From: an uncultured Candidatus Rokubacteria bacterium
GTDB lineage: Bacteria > Methylomirabilota > Methylomirabilia > Rokubacteriales > DASRDR01
Assembly: GCA_963804185.1 (NCBI GenBank)
Contig: CAWDPM010000015.1
Coordinates: forward strand, 8,253 to 72,252
DNA length: 64,000 bases
Direction: 5' to 3'
The position numbers were made by a program, and so were the translations under genes. The notes beneath the pieces were generated by a model. That model worked only from the letters and a program-made list of their open reading frames with translations. It searched no databases and had not been told where the DNA came from. Shown here one piece after another: positions 38,875 to 48,656 of this stretch; positions within the stretch are counted from its first letter, which is position 1; each line of letters starts with the position of its first letter.

Positions 38875-40233
38875 TTACTTGGATCCGGCAGTTGCGACGT
38901 TCTGGTTGCTCCTGAAGAAGTTGTCGGGGTCGTATTTCGCCTTGACGGCGACGAGCCGGTCAAAGTTGGCGCCGTAGGCGGAGCGGACGCGGTCGGCCTC
39001 GTCGTCGCCGAGGTTGTTCACGTACACCGCGTCCTCCACCCACGGCTGCAGTGCGGCGTGCAGCTCTCGCGTCCAACGAATGTTGCGCTCGTCGTCGGCG
39101 GGATCGTCCCACTGCGTCAGCATGAGACAGTCCCACTGGTCGTGACGATGCGCGAAGGCCGTCTCCGTCGGGGACACCCGCGCCGCCTGCCCATGCATCT
39201 GCTGGAGACCGACCTGTGTGTACGGTGAGGGGCAGGTGCCCGCGAACTCGACCAGCACGTCGATCGCGCCCGGCCCGAGACGGCGGAGAAAGCTCGCCTT
39301 CCAGTAATGCCGGCGGCCGCGTGGAAACCCGCCATCACCGCCCCGCTGCAGATCCACGAAGCCCATGGGGGCGATACCGTCGGCGACCGGGCTGTCAAGT
39401 GACCGGAGCGGCTTGAGCCACCGCTCGCCGGCGTCGAGCGGACCGATCCACGCGACGTTGACGCCGACGAGCTTGGTACCGTCTTCCACGGTGAAGAACC
39501 CGGCGTTGAGGCTCAGCTCGTCCGGACAGGCGCGCGCGAGCTCGTGGTAGACGGGTAGCACGTGCTTGGCGCGGACAAGCGGCCAGGCGATTCCACCGCC
39601 GAGCACGGGTCCAACCTCGTGCAGCCGGTACTCGAAGGAGGTGACCACGCCGAGGTTGGCGCCCCCGCCACACACCGCCCAGAAGAGGTCAGGATGCTCG
39701 GTAGGGGTGGCGACCAGCAGGCGGCCGTCGGCGGTCACGATGTCGACGGATTCGAGATTGTCGCACGACAGGCCGTGCTTGCCTCCGAGCCACCCGATGC
39801 CGCCGCCCAGGGTCAGACCGGCGATCCCGGTTGGGGAGACAATGCCGGTGGGCGTGGCCAGGCCGAAAGCCTGGCAGTCTCGGTCGAGCTCGGCCAGGCT
39901 CAGGCCCGCCTCAGCGCGGGTCCTCCGCCTCACGGGATCGACGCGGCAGCCCTTCATCCGCGCGAGATCGATCATCAGCCCGCCGTCGCACACCGCCTTG
40001 CCGGACACGTTGTGCCCGCCGCCCCGCACCGAGATCTCGAGCGCCTCCGCCCGCGCGAACCCGATACAGGCGACCACATCGGCCGCGCTCGCACAGCGGG
40101 CGATCAGGGCCGGCCGCCGGTCGATCAGGGCGTTGAAGATCCGGCGGGCGGCCTCGTAGTCGGCGTCGTGGGGAAGCAGGACGTCGCCACGAAGCGTGGA
40201 GCGGAAGTCGTCGAGCGCGCGTGGCTTGATCAT
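38875..40233 (-). CDS. FAD-linked oxidase (FAD_binding_4 / berberine-bridge-enzyme-like)
   Basis: ~452 aa from MIKPRALDDF...; FAD-binding PCMH domain (RGGGHNVSGKAV, GLTLGGGIGWLGGKHG) and a BBE-like C-terminus. Confidence 0.75.
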   Translation of the reverse strand: MIKPRALDDFRSTLRGDVLLPHDADYEAARRIFNALIDRRPALIARCASAADVVACIGFARAEALEISVRGGGHNVSGKAVCDGGLMIDLARMKGCRVDPVRRRTRAEAGLSLAELDRDCQAFGLATPTGIVSPTGIAGLTLGGGIGWLGGKHGLSCDNLESVDIVTADGRLLVATPTEHPDLFWAVCGGGANLGVVTSFEYRLHEVGPVLGGGIAWPLVRAKHVLPVYHELARACPDELSLNAGFFTVEDGTKLVGVNVAWIGPLDAGERWLKPLRSLDSPVADGIAPMGFVDLQRGGDGGFPRGRRHYWKASFLRRLGPGAIDVLVEFAGTCPSPYTQVGLQQMHGQAARVSPTETAFAHRHDQWDCLMLTQWDDPADDERNIRWTRELHAALQPWVEDAVYVNNLGDDEADRVRSAYGANFDRLVAVKAKYDPDNFFRSNQNVATAGSK

Positions 40234-40256
40234 CTTTGTGCTCCTGTAAGCATCTC

Positions 40257-41237
40257 CTACGAGACGGCGGTCGTGAAGCGGCTCCGGTAGCCCTTCGGGC
40301 TCACGCCCAGCGCTCGCCGAAAGGCTACGCGCATCGTTTCCTGGCTTCCGAACCCGCACGTGGTCGCGACGTCTGGAACGCCGCGCGATGTCTCCTCGAG
40401 GAGCCGGCGGGCCGCCTCCACGCGCACGCGCTCCACGAAGCGTCCCGGCGTCATGCCCACCTCGCGGACGAACACGCGGCAGAAGTTGCGCGGGCTCATG
40501 TTCACCCGGCGCGCGAGCGCTTCCACGGTGAGGTCGGCGCCCGGATGGTCGAGGACCCAGGCCTGCATATCGCGAAGCGGCTCGCGATCGGCCATCTGCG
40601 TGGAGAGTTGGACGCTGAACTGCGCCTGCCCGCCCGGCCGCTTGAGGAAGATGACCATCCGCTGCGCCACGGCTAGGGCCACCCGACGGCCGAGGTCCTC
40701 CTCCACCAGCGCCAGCACGAGGTCCAGTCCCGCCGTGGCGCCGGCTGACGTGTAGACGCCGCCGTCACGAACGTAGATGGGATCCGGCTGGACCCTGACG
40801 CCAGGAAAGCGGCGCGCCAGTTCGTCACAGAAGGCCCAGTGCGTCGTCGCACTGCGGCCCTCCAGCAGCCCCGCTTCGGCCAGGACGAACGAGCCGACAC
40901 AGAGCCCGACCACCCGCCGGGTCCGCGGGGCCATGCGCGCCAGCCACCGCACGAGCTCCGGGTCGCGCCTCGCGTCGTCGGGCCCGTCGACCCCGGTGAC
41001 GATCAGCGTGTCGACGGGACCACGGACGGCGCGGTACGAGCGATCGGCGACGATCCGCAGCCCCGGCCAAGCACAGACCGTCTCAACCGGCGACACTACC
41101 TCGACGGCGTAGCCCGCGTCGGATGCACCAGTATGGCGGGCCTGCTCGTTGACGATATAGAAGATATCGAGGATGCCGCCCACCTCGACGACCTCGTTAC
41201 AGGGCATCGCGACCACTACCACACGCCGGATCGCCAT
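40257..41237 (-). CDS. GlxA-family transcriptional regulator: DJ-1/PfpI (ThiJ) domain fused to an AraC-type HTH
   Basis: Start MAIRRVVVVAMPCNEV...; DJ-1 core (VDTLIVTGVDGPDD, LCVGSFVLAEAG); C-terminal AraC HTH ([46 protein letters not shown]). The stop lies 24 nt upstream of the FAD oxidase start. Confidence 0.75.
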   Translation of the reverse strand: MAIRRVVVVAMPCNEVVEVGGILDIFYIVNEQARHTGASDAGYAVEVVSPVETVCAWPGLRIVADRSYRAVRGPVDTLIVTGVDGPDDARRDPELVRWLARMAPRTRRVVGLCVGSFVLAEAGLLEGRSATTHWAFCDELARRFPGVRVQPDPIYVRDGGVYTSAGATAGLDLVLALVEEDLGRRVALAVAQRMVIFLKRPGGQAQFSVQLSTQMADREPLRDMQAWVLDHPGADLTVEALARRVNMSPRNFCRVFVREVGMTPGRFVERVRVEAARRLLEETSRGVPDVATTCGFGSQETMRVAFRRALGVSPKGYRSRFTTAVS

Positions 41238-41595
41238 CGCCGCCTCTCCTGTCTCCGGGAGACTCGCTGTAGACTCCCTTGTCTCATCTCGGACCCATGT
41301 CAACAATGACAACCTGCCCACGGATCCTGCCAACGGGAACAATGAGAGGGGCGATGGTAGTCGTGCAGGCCTCAACCACGACATCTTGGGTTTGGCGGGA
41401 CGCAGAGACTACATGTGGGAGTTGTGCTTCGCCAAAAGGGCGTCCGACCCGTTTGGCGAGGGTCCGAACTCCCCCTGACGGGGCCGGAAGATCCGGAGAC
41501 TGCGGGCGGTAGCGTGAACGACGGAGGGCAGAAGAGGAGAGTCGGGTCGGTCACGTGCGTGGGGTCAGGCGCGCGCGTTGGTGGGTCGGACTGGA

Positions 41596-42015
41596 CTACG
41601 CCGCCGGCGGCCGTAGCGATGATGGCAGGCCGCCGACTTCGGAAATCGGGATGACCGCGCCAAGCGCCGGCGGCTCGATCGGCCGTTCGTCGGGTGCATC
41701 CTTGGCGAGGAACGTGCGCCAGGTCTGAGAGGGCTGGGGGCGCCGCTGCGGCATGAGCCGGGAGACGGTGCGCTCGGCGACATCGATACCGAGCTTCAAG
41801 AGTTCCCCGTGGATGCGAGGCGCACCCCACAAGGGATTCGCCGCGGCCATCTTTTTCACAAGGGCGGCGATCTCGGCATTGATGCAAGGACGGCCTCGGG
41901 TAGACCGACCCGAGAGTTGGGCCCAGTACTCGCGGAAGCGTCGGCGCCGCCATCGTAGGACGGTGTCGGGCGAGACGATGACCAGAGCCTGCCTCCAGCC
42001 GGTCCAGGCTCGGGC
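41596..42015 (-). mobile_element. Internally deleted, 5'-truncated copy of the IS at 31345-32534
   Basis: Minus strand: LIWVGLARAWTGWRQALVIVSPDTVLRWRRRRFREYWAQLSG...AEIAALVKKMAAANPLWGAPRIHGELLKLGIDVAERTVSRLMPQRRPQPSQTWRTFLAKDAPDERP joined directly to ...EVGGLPSSLRPPAA*, a frameshifted GGLHHRY terminus. Near-identical at protein level to the complete copy. Confidence 0.55.
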
Positions 42016-42116
42016 CAGTCCGACCCAGATAAGATGAAGCGGCTAGCCATCCCCTAAAGTGGTGGCGTCAGGAGCCCACAACCTATACGCGGCAAAGCCG
42101 CGAAGAGAGGCTAGCC

Positions 42117-42900
42117 ATGGACCATGTTGGCATAGACCTCGGGAAGAGGGAAAGCCAGATTGCGATCCTCACGGAGGACGGTGAGCTGATCAACCGGCGC
42201 ATTCGCACGGAGCGCCCTCGCCTGGCCGAGATGTTCGGCCGTCGACCACAGGCCAGGATCCTGCTGGAGGCGTCGACGGAGAGTGAGTGGGTCGCCCGCT
42301 GCCTCGAAGACCTTGGCCACGAGGTCATCGTGGCTGACCCGAATTACGCGCCGATGTACGCGCGGCGGACGCGTCGGGTGAAGACCGACCGCCGCGATGC
42401 GCACGCCCTGGCGCACGCGTGCCGGGCCGGCACCTATCGGCCCGCCCACCGGACGTCGACCGAGCGTCGGGCCTTGCGCGCGCGCCTGGCTGTCCGCGAG
42501 GCCGTGGTCCGCACCCGCGCCGCGTGGATCACTCGCATCCAATCGCTCGTGCGCCGTGAGGGGTGTCGCCTCCGCACCGGCGCGCCCGAGACCTTTCTCA
42601 CGCGGGTGGAGGAACTGGCGCTCCCGCCCGCGCTCATGACGGTGATCGCCCCGCTGGTCGACCTCCTCGGGCCCCCTCAATGCATAGATCGCGGCCCTGG
42701 ATGAGGAGCTCGAGCGGATCGTCGCGGCCGATGAGGTCCTCCGACGTTGCTCCCGGACGAGCCCGCCATCCGAATGCGATAGCCGCAGCGGCTACCACAG
42801 CGAGCATAACCGCGACGCGCCGAGGGCGGCGGTCAGCTCCTCATCCACGGCGACCTCGATCGCGTGTCGCACCGCCGCATGGATCAGCTCGCCGACCCTC
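42117..42900 (+). pseudogene. IS110-family (DEDD) transposase, N-terminal ~195 aa intact then degenerate, interrupted by a group II intron
   Basis: MDHVGIDLGKRESQIAILTEDGELINRRIRTERPRLAEMFGRRPQARILLEASTESEWVARCLEDLGHEVIVADPNYAPMYARRTRRVKTDRRDAHALA... After ~42700 the frame is lost (IAALDEELERIVAADEVLRRCSRTSPPSE...). Confidence 0.6.
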
Positions 42901-42950
42901 ATGCGGCCGTCCCTCCATCCTGATATGCTCTGCCATGGCGCATTCCTCCG

Positions 42951-44235
42951 TGCGCCGGGTTAAACCGGCGAGGTGTTGCGAATGCAAGAGTCGTACGGTG
43001 AAGGGTTAGCGACCCACACCGGCCCCGAGTCATGCGTGGCCGCCCGCGAGGGCGGACGCGAAGCATTGACAGGGGTACGGGCAGGCCGGGTATTCAGCCG
43101 CGAAAGACAACTCCTCCGGGACGCCGACGCCGTGGAGGAAGGCGGAAGGCCACATCCGGGGCGTTGCCATCGCCAGACGCGCTGGAGTCCCGCGCGGTCA
43201 GAGACCCCGTGCATGCCCGGACACACCTCGCGCGAGAACCGGGAGAGCCTGTGGTCGCCCGTCGCGGATGGCGCGGCGGGCCGCATCGGGAAGTCCAAGG
43301 ACGTACGCCGATGATGCACGGCCATGGGGTATTACGAGGCCATCAACCACGGGTGGCTGGTGCAGTTCGTCGAGCACCGGATTGCGGACCGGCGCGTCGT
43401 GCGACTGATCCAGAAATGGCTCAAGGCCGGCGTGCTGGAGGACGGGAAGCGGACATGGCGTGAGGAGGGCACGCCCCAGGGGGCCAGCGTTTCGCCCCTT
43501 CTGGCCAACGTGTACCTGCACTACGTGTTCGATCTCTGGGTCCGGCGGTGGCGGCGGACGCAGGCCCACGGCGACGTGATCGTCGTGCGGGTTGCGGACG
43601 ATTTCATCGCGGGGTTCCAGCACCGGGCGGACGCCGAGCGGTTCCTGGCTGAGCTGCGCGAGCGGTTCGCGAAGTTTGGCCTGGAGCTGCACCCCGAGAA
43701 GACACGGCTGCGGGAGGTCGGCCCGTATGCGACCGAGCGCCGGCAGCAGGCCGGCAAGGGGAAGCCGGAGACGTTCGACTTCCTCGGCTTCACGCACATC
43801 TGCGGGAAGAAGCGGAACGGACGGTTCACGGTGGTGAGGCAGACGATCCGGAAGAGGTTGCAGGCGAAGCTGCACGAGGTGAAAGCCGAGCTGCGGAGGC
43901 GTCTGCACGACCCGATCTCGCAGGTGGGGACATGGCTGGGTCAGGTTGTCGGTGGGCACACCCGGTACTACGGGGTGCCCATGAACAGCCCGGCCATCGC
44001 TTTGTTCCGGTTCCGGGTGGGCTGGCTCTGGCACCGCGCGCTGGCGCGGCGCAGTCACACAGGGCACGTCTCCTGGGAGCGGATGCGCCGGCTCGTCGAG
44101 CGGTGGCTGCCCCCTGCGCGCATTTGTCACCCGTATCCCCTGAGGCGACTTGGCGTTGTCACCTGAGGCAAGAGCCGGATGCGGTAATGCCGCCCGTCCG
44201 GATCCGTGGAGGGGGTTACGGGTAACCGTCATCTC
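42951..44235 (+). mobile_element. Group II intron, internally deleted (~1.3 kb): 5' end GTGCG, 5'-truncated intron-encoded RT/maturase (43324-44166), domain V at 44174-44206
   Basis: The 5' terminus is GTGCGCCGGGTTAAACCGGCG. The RT ORF begins inside RT domain 2/3 (GYYEAINHGWL...RLIQKWLKAGVLEDG...EGTPQGASVSPLLANVYLH...VRVADDFIAGF...FDFLGFTH...) and carries a maturase X domain. Domain V-like hairpin GAGCCGGATGCGG-TAAT-GCCGCCCGTCCGGATC with the AGC triad and a 2-nt bulge. The 3' end is approximate. Confidence 0.65.
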
Positions 44236-44380
44236 TACTCCGACGGTGGCCGCCAGGCCGGCGGCCGGCTGTGCGTTAGCGAATCCCAACAGACCGGAAG
44301 AATGCGCCATTTCGCTTTTCCACCGCAACCGGGCCACGCCACGCTCCCCCCCCCCGCCCGGATGGTACGATCCGAACAAC

Positions 44381-44386
44381 AGGAGG
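44381..44386 (+). promoter_or_regulatory. Shine-Dalgarno site (AGGAGG) 5 nt upstream of the bfr ATG
   Basis: aggaggccgccATG. Confidence 0.6.
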
Positions 44387-44391
44387 CCGCC

Positions 44392-44856
44392 ATGCCCAGG
44401 GAACACGACAAGATCGAGCGGGAGAGCGTCATCACCACTCTCAACACTATTCTCGAGCTGGAGCTCGCCGGCGTCGTCCGCTACATCCACTACTCGCTCA
44501 TGGTCTTCGGTCACGCGCGCATCCCGATCATCAAGTGGATGCGCGACCAGGCGACCGAGGGCATGAACCACGCGTCGATGGCTGGGGAGCACGTCACATC
44601 GCTGGGCGGCCATCCATCGCTCAAGATCGGCAAGCTCGTCGAGACCCACAAGCACGACATCAGCCAGATCCTGCAGGAGGCGCTCGAGCACGAGCGCGCG
44701 ACGCTGCGCACCTACTACACCCTGCTCGATCAGGTGCGCGACAAGAGCGTGTGGCTCGAGGAGTACGCGCGCGAGCAGATCCAGCTCGAGGAGCAGCACA
44801 TCGCCGAGGTCGAGAAAATGATGCGCAAGCCGGGCGAGCTCACGCCGGCCGGCTGA
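44392..44856 (+). CDS. bfr: Bacterioferritin (ferritin-like diiron protein)
   Basis: 154 aa; ferroxidase-centre Glu/His pattern (LELELAGVVRY, EGMNHASMAGEHV, EALEHERAT, EEQHIAEVE); colinear with Bfr. Confidence 0.85.
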   Translation: MPREHDKIERESVITTLNTILELELAGVVRYIHYSLMVFGHARIPIIKWMRDQATEGMNHASMAGEHVTSLGGHPSLKIGKLVETHKHDISQILQEALEHERATLRTYYTLLDQVRDKSVWLEEYAREQIQLEEQHIAEVEKMMRKPGELTPAG

Positions 44857-45038
44857 TCACCATGGACCACCGGCGATCCGCCGGCGCGCGACCGACCGCC
44901 GTCCCCCGCCTTGAGACTTGGCCGCGGCGCGCGCCGACCCCAGCGCCGCGTCGCCGGGACACCGTCGCTGCTGCCGCGTGCGCGCCGGCTCCGGCGGTGG
45001 TTCGCGCGCGTAGTGATGCCATCCTTCACTCCGAACCA

Positions 45039-45830
45039 ATGGAGACGACCATGCGCGGCAAGCGGATCAGTGAGAAGCTCCGGGCAGGCCGGCCCGTGTT
45101 CACGACGGTGCTCAAGTTCCACGCCCCGCGCCTCGTCGAGATGCTCGCCAAGAGCGGCGCCGACCAGATCTTCCTCGACGCCGAGCATGGACCACTCAGC
45201 GAGGCCGAGTGCGAAGAGATGGTCCGAGCCGCCGACCTCTACGATGTGCCCGTGGTCATCCGGGTCCCGGTCAACACGCCCCACGTCATCCTCCGCTACC
45301 TCGACATCGGGACCTCGGCCATCATGGTCCCTCACGTCACCACGCGGGCCGATGCCGAGCGTGCGGTGCGGGCTGTGAAGTACCCACCTGATGGGACGCG
45401 GAGCTTTGCCCCGGGGCGTGGCGCCGAGCTTCTCCACCTCGGTCCCGCCGAATACGTCCGGCGCGCCAACGACGAGACGGTCGTCTACGCTCTCTTCGAG
45501 GACGTGGCGGGGGTCGACGAGATCGAGGCGATCTGCCGGGTCCCGGGCATCGACGGCATGGCCGTCGGCGTCTACGACCTCGCCGCGTCGATGGGCCATC
45601 CGGGCGAGCCGTGGCGAGACGACGTCCAGGCGGTCGTGGAGCGCGTGCTCCAGACCTGTCGGCGGAGCCGCATGCCGTTCGGGACGGTGCCCCGGGACCG
45701 GGCCGACCTCGGGCGTCAGATCGAGCGGGGCTGCCAGCTCATCACGGTGGCGACCATCGAATGGGGCATTCAGGCGACGCGCGACACCGTCGCCGAGCTC
45801 TCGGCCCTGGAAGCGAGGTCGGGAGCGTAG
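45039..45830 (+). CDS. HpcH/HpaI-family 2-keto-3-deoxy-acid aldolase
   Basis: 264 aa; TIM-barrel pattern VFTTVLKFHAPRLVEMLAKSGADQIFLDAEHGP...IRVPVNTPHVILRYLDIGTSAIMVPHV... Confidence 0.8.
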   Translation: METTMRGKRISEKLRAGRPVFTTVLKFHAPRLVEMLAKSGADQIFLDAEHGPLSEAECEEMVRAADLYDVPVVIRVPVNTPHVILRYLDIGTSAIMVPHVTTRADAERAVRAVKYPPDGTRSFAPGRGAELLHLGPAEYVRRANDETVVYALFEDVAGVDEIEAICRVPGIDGMAVGVYDLAASMGHPGEPWRDDVQAVVERVLQTCRRSRMPFGTVPRDRADLGRQIERGCQLITVATIEWGIQATRDTVAELSALEARSGA

Positions 45831-46134
45831 CGCCTCCGTCGACCCGTCTCACTTCTGAAACGGGTAGATGACCTTCCAGTCCTGCTTCATGTCCACGACG
45901 GTCCAGCCCTTTTGCATCGCTTCGTCTAGCGCCTTGTCGAGGCGGCCGATGGAGGACCCGCCGGTCGTATGCCCATTCCCGTTCGCCGTCGGTGTGGCGG
46001 ACGATGCCCATGAACCTCGCGCCGTCCCCGGCCGCCGTCCACTGGAGCATCTGGTGGTCGCCGTCGGAGTTGCCGAAAGCGAGGATTGGCCGGCGGCCAA
46101 TGAACCGGTGGATGCCGACCGGCTTGCCCGCCCG

Positions 46135-47097
46135 TCAGGCCAGGCCGAGGTTCCGGCGGATTCGCGGGAGAGGCTCCTGCGTGTCGGCGACGAACGCGCG
46201 GCCGGTCACCGTCTCGTAGGCCTCGATGTAGCGTCGCGCCGCCTCGACCCGCACCTCATCGGGGATGGGTGGTGGTGCTCCCTGCCCTGTGTAGCCCATC
46301 GCGGCGAAGTGGCGGCGCACGTACTCCTTGTCGAGCGAGCGTGGCTCCTCGCCGCGCGTGACCCGACGCTCGTAGTCCTCGGCGTACCAGTAGCGTGACG
46401 AGTCGGGCGTGTGGATCTCGTCGATGAACAGGATCCGCCCGTCGGGGGCGCGGCCCAGCTCGTACTTCGTGTCGGCGAGGATCAGACCCCGTGCGCGCGC
46501 CCGTTCCTGGCCGAACGCAAACATCCGGAGACAGATCGCCTGGAGCTCGTCGAAGGTCGCCGCATCCACGAGGCCCCGTTCGACGAGGTCCTCACTCGAG
46601 ACGGTCTCGTCATGCGCCCCTGTCCCGGCCTTGGTCGAAGGTGTGACGAGCGGCCGCGGCAGCGGCTGGTTCTTCCGCATCCCGTCGGGTAGGACGTGTC
46701 CAGCGTAGCGCCGCGCGCCTGCCTCGTAGTGCTTCCAGATCGAGGTCGTGGTGACGCCCGTGAGATACGCGCGCACCACCATCTCCACCGGCAGCGGCCG
46801 GCACTCGACGGCGCGCGTGACATTCGGGTCGGGCACGTCGATCAGGTGGTTCCCCGCCAAGTGCCTCGTCTCCTCGAACCAGAAGGCCGCGAGTTGGTTC
46901 AGGACCTGACCCTTGAAGGGGATCGTGCCCAGGACGACGTCGAACGCGCTCAAGCGGTCTGACGCCACGAGGATCCGCTGGCCGTCCCGCGTGTAGCTCT
47001 CGCGCACCTTGCCGTGATGGTGCTCGCCGAGCCCGGGCAGGTCGATCCGGTCGAGGACCTTGCGGAGCTGAGCGCGCAGCACGTCGTCAGGAACCAA
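46135..47097 (-). CDS. purC: Phosphoribosylaminoimidazole-succinocarboxamide (SAICAR) synthase, long form
   Basis: 320 aa; [25 protein letters not shown]...[11 protein letters not shown]...[12 protein letters not shown]. Confidence 0.85.
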   Translation of the reverse strand: MVPDDVLRAQLRKVLDRIDLPGLGEHHHGKVRESYTRDGQRILVASDRLSAFDVVLGTIPFKGQVLNQLAAFWFEETRHLAGNHLIDVPDPNVTRAVECRPLPVEMVVRAYLTGVTTTSIWKHYEAGARRYAGHVLPDGMRKNQPLPRPLVTPSTKAGTGAHDETVSSEDLVERGLVDAATFDELQAICLRMFAFGQERARARGLILADTKYELGRAPDGRILFIDEIHTPDSSRYWYAEDYERRVTRGEEPRSLDKEYVRRHFAAMGYTGQGAPPPIPDEVRVEAARRYIEAYETVTGRAFVADTQEPLPRIRRNLGLA

Positions 47098-47474
47098 GGC
47101 CGCCTCCTCCCTCCTCCCGGTTTCCAGAGTCTATCCGATGCGCCGGGGCCGTTCGTCCGGGGCAGGTTCGATACCTCACAAGGGCTCGGCCAACGGCCAC
47201 GAGCCGGCTGCAAGGCCGGACAGCCGGCGATGTCTTGGATGCATGTCACGGCGAAGGCGCACGGATCGGCGCGGTGCGGAACCCCTCCGGAGTATGGGGA
47301 GCGGCCTCCGACCCGGGTCGACGGCGCGGGCGCGCCGGCTGCCCCGTCGGGCGAGCACCGGCGGAGGGTGTTGCCCCGACGACGTTCACGTCGAGTAGCG
47401 GGGTACTCGGTCGAAGTCGAGGCCGGCGCGCGGATCATCACGCGCGGGGCGGCGAGACAGGGCGAAAGCGGGCC

Positions 47475-47925
47475 TCAGTCGCCGGGCGCGCGCTCGAGGA
47501 TCCCGGTCAGGCAGCCGATGCCGCCCGCCGCGCGGCGAAGCTCGGCGACGGGAGTCGTGCGACAGGCGAGGCCGGCCTTCTCGAAGAAGCGCTCGAAGAC
47601 CGGGTAGCCCTCGGCCATCAAGATGCGCCCGGGCGCGAGAGTGACGAAGTTCAGCGCGGTGCTCCGGTCCGCCGCGGGGGCGCCGGGCAGGAAGTGCACC
47701 CGGTAGCCCCGGCCGCGGAGCGCCTCGACAGCGGCCACAGCCAGGCGCCCGGGCCAAGCGATAGCGAGATCGCGGTTTGCGATCCGGAGCACGCCCATGA
47801 GATGCATCGCCCCCCACGGCAGGTCCACCGGGATCGCTTGGACGCCCATGTCGCCGAGGATTGCCGCCACCTGTGCGACGCCCTCCGGGTTGGGCGACAC
47901 GCTAGCAGAGCTACCGTGTACGGCG
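47475..47925 (-). pseudogene. C-terminal ~150 codons of an amidinotransferase-superfamily enzyme (DDAH/arginine-deiminase-like); the N-terminal half is absent
   Basis: ...ILGDMGVQAIPVDLPWGAMHLMGVLRIANRDLAIAWPGRL...TALNFVTLAPGRILMAEGYPVFERFFEKAGLACRTTPVAELRRAAGGIGCLTGILERAPGD*, with the catalytic Cys in GGIGCLTG. Upstream the same frame runs into the intact HAD gene. Confidence 0.4.
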
Positions 47926-47935
47926 CCAGTGGAGC

Positions 47936-48640
47936 TCACGTCTCGAGCTGGCGAGCGAGGTCGAGGAAGTCGGCGGCGACGACATCCCAGCTGGCGTCGG
48001 GCTGGAGATCCGACCGCTGCCCCGGCCCGTGCTCGGCCTGCCGCGGGACGAACGCCGTGCGGAGTCCGCACGCGCGTGCGGCGTGGAGATCGTAGTTGTG
48101 GGCCGCGACCATCATCATCTCGTCCGCCCGCAGACCCAGCAGCGTGACGGCCGTCCGGTAGACCTCGGGTCGCGGCTTGTAGCAGCGGGCGTTCTCGGCC
48201 GTGATGATGCAGTCCCACGGTAGCCCGGCGAACCGCGCCAGGTGCACCATCCCGGCGAAGCTGCCGTTCGACAGGGGCGAGAGGATGAACCGCGCGCGGA
48301 GCCGCCGGAGGCCGGGAACGGCGTCGGGCCAAGGGTGGAGACGCCACCAGACCTGGGTCACGCGGGTGAGATCTGCCTCGCCAATGCCGTCGAGCCCGTA
48401 GTGCGGGAGGAGCTCGTCCAGGCGCCGCCGATAGATTGCTTCGACCGTGGTCCATGGCCACTCGCCCCGGTTGACCCGGTCCATCCCCGGCCGGTAGCCG
48501 GCCTTCCAGTCCGCGAGGAACGTCGCCCAGTCGACATGGAGCCCTCGCCCGGCGCCGAAGGCCGTGAGCTCGGCGAGGACACTCCCCCGCCAGTCGACGA
48601 CGGTGCCGTAGGTGTCGAAGGTCAGCGCCTGGACGGCCAT
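47936..48640 (-). CDS. HAD-superfamily hydrolase (2-haloacid-dehalogenase-like subfamily)
   Basis: 234 aa from MAVQALTFDTYGTVVDWR (DxYGT motif I); SNG motif II; C-terminal AHNYDLHAARACGLRTAFV. Confidence 0.75.
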   Translation of the reverse strand: MAVQALTFDTYGTVVDWRGSVLAELTAFGAGRGLHVDWATFLADWKAGYRPGMDRVNRGEWPWTTVEAIYRRRLDELLPHYGLDGIGEADLTRVTQVWWRLHPWPDAVPGLRRLRARFILSPLSNGSFAGMVHLARFAGLPWDCIITAENARCYKPRPEVYRTAVTLLGLRADEMMMVAAHNYDLHAARACGLRTAFVPRQAEHGPGQRSDLQPDASWDVVAADFLDLARQLET

Positions 48641-48656
48641 CCGGGGCGACGCCCAC

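Noticed and set aside
43198-44799. 533-aa minus-strand ORF
   Set aside because: It is antisense to the group II intron RT and bfr. It has no motifs and high-GC shadow composition.
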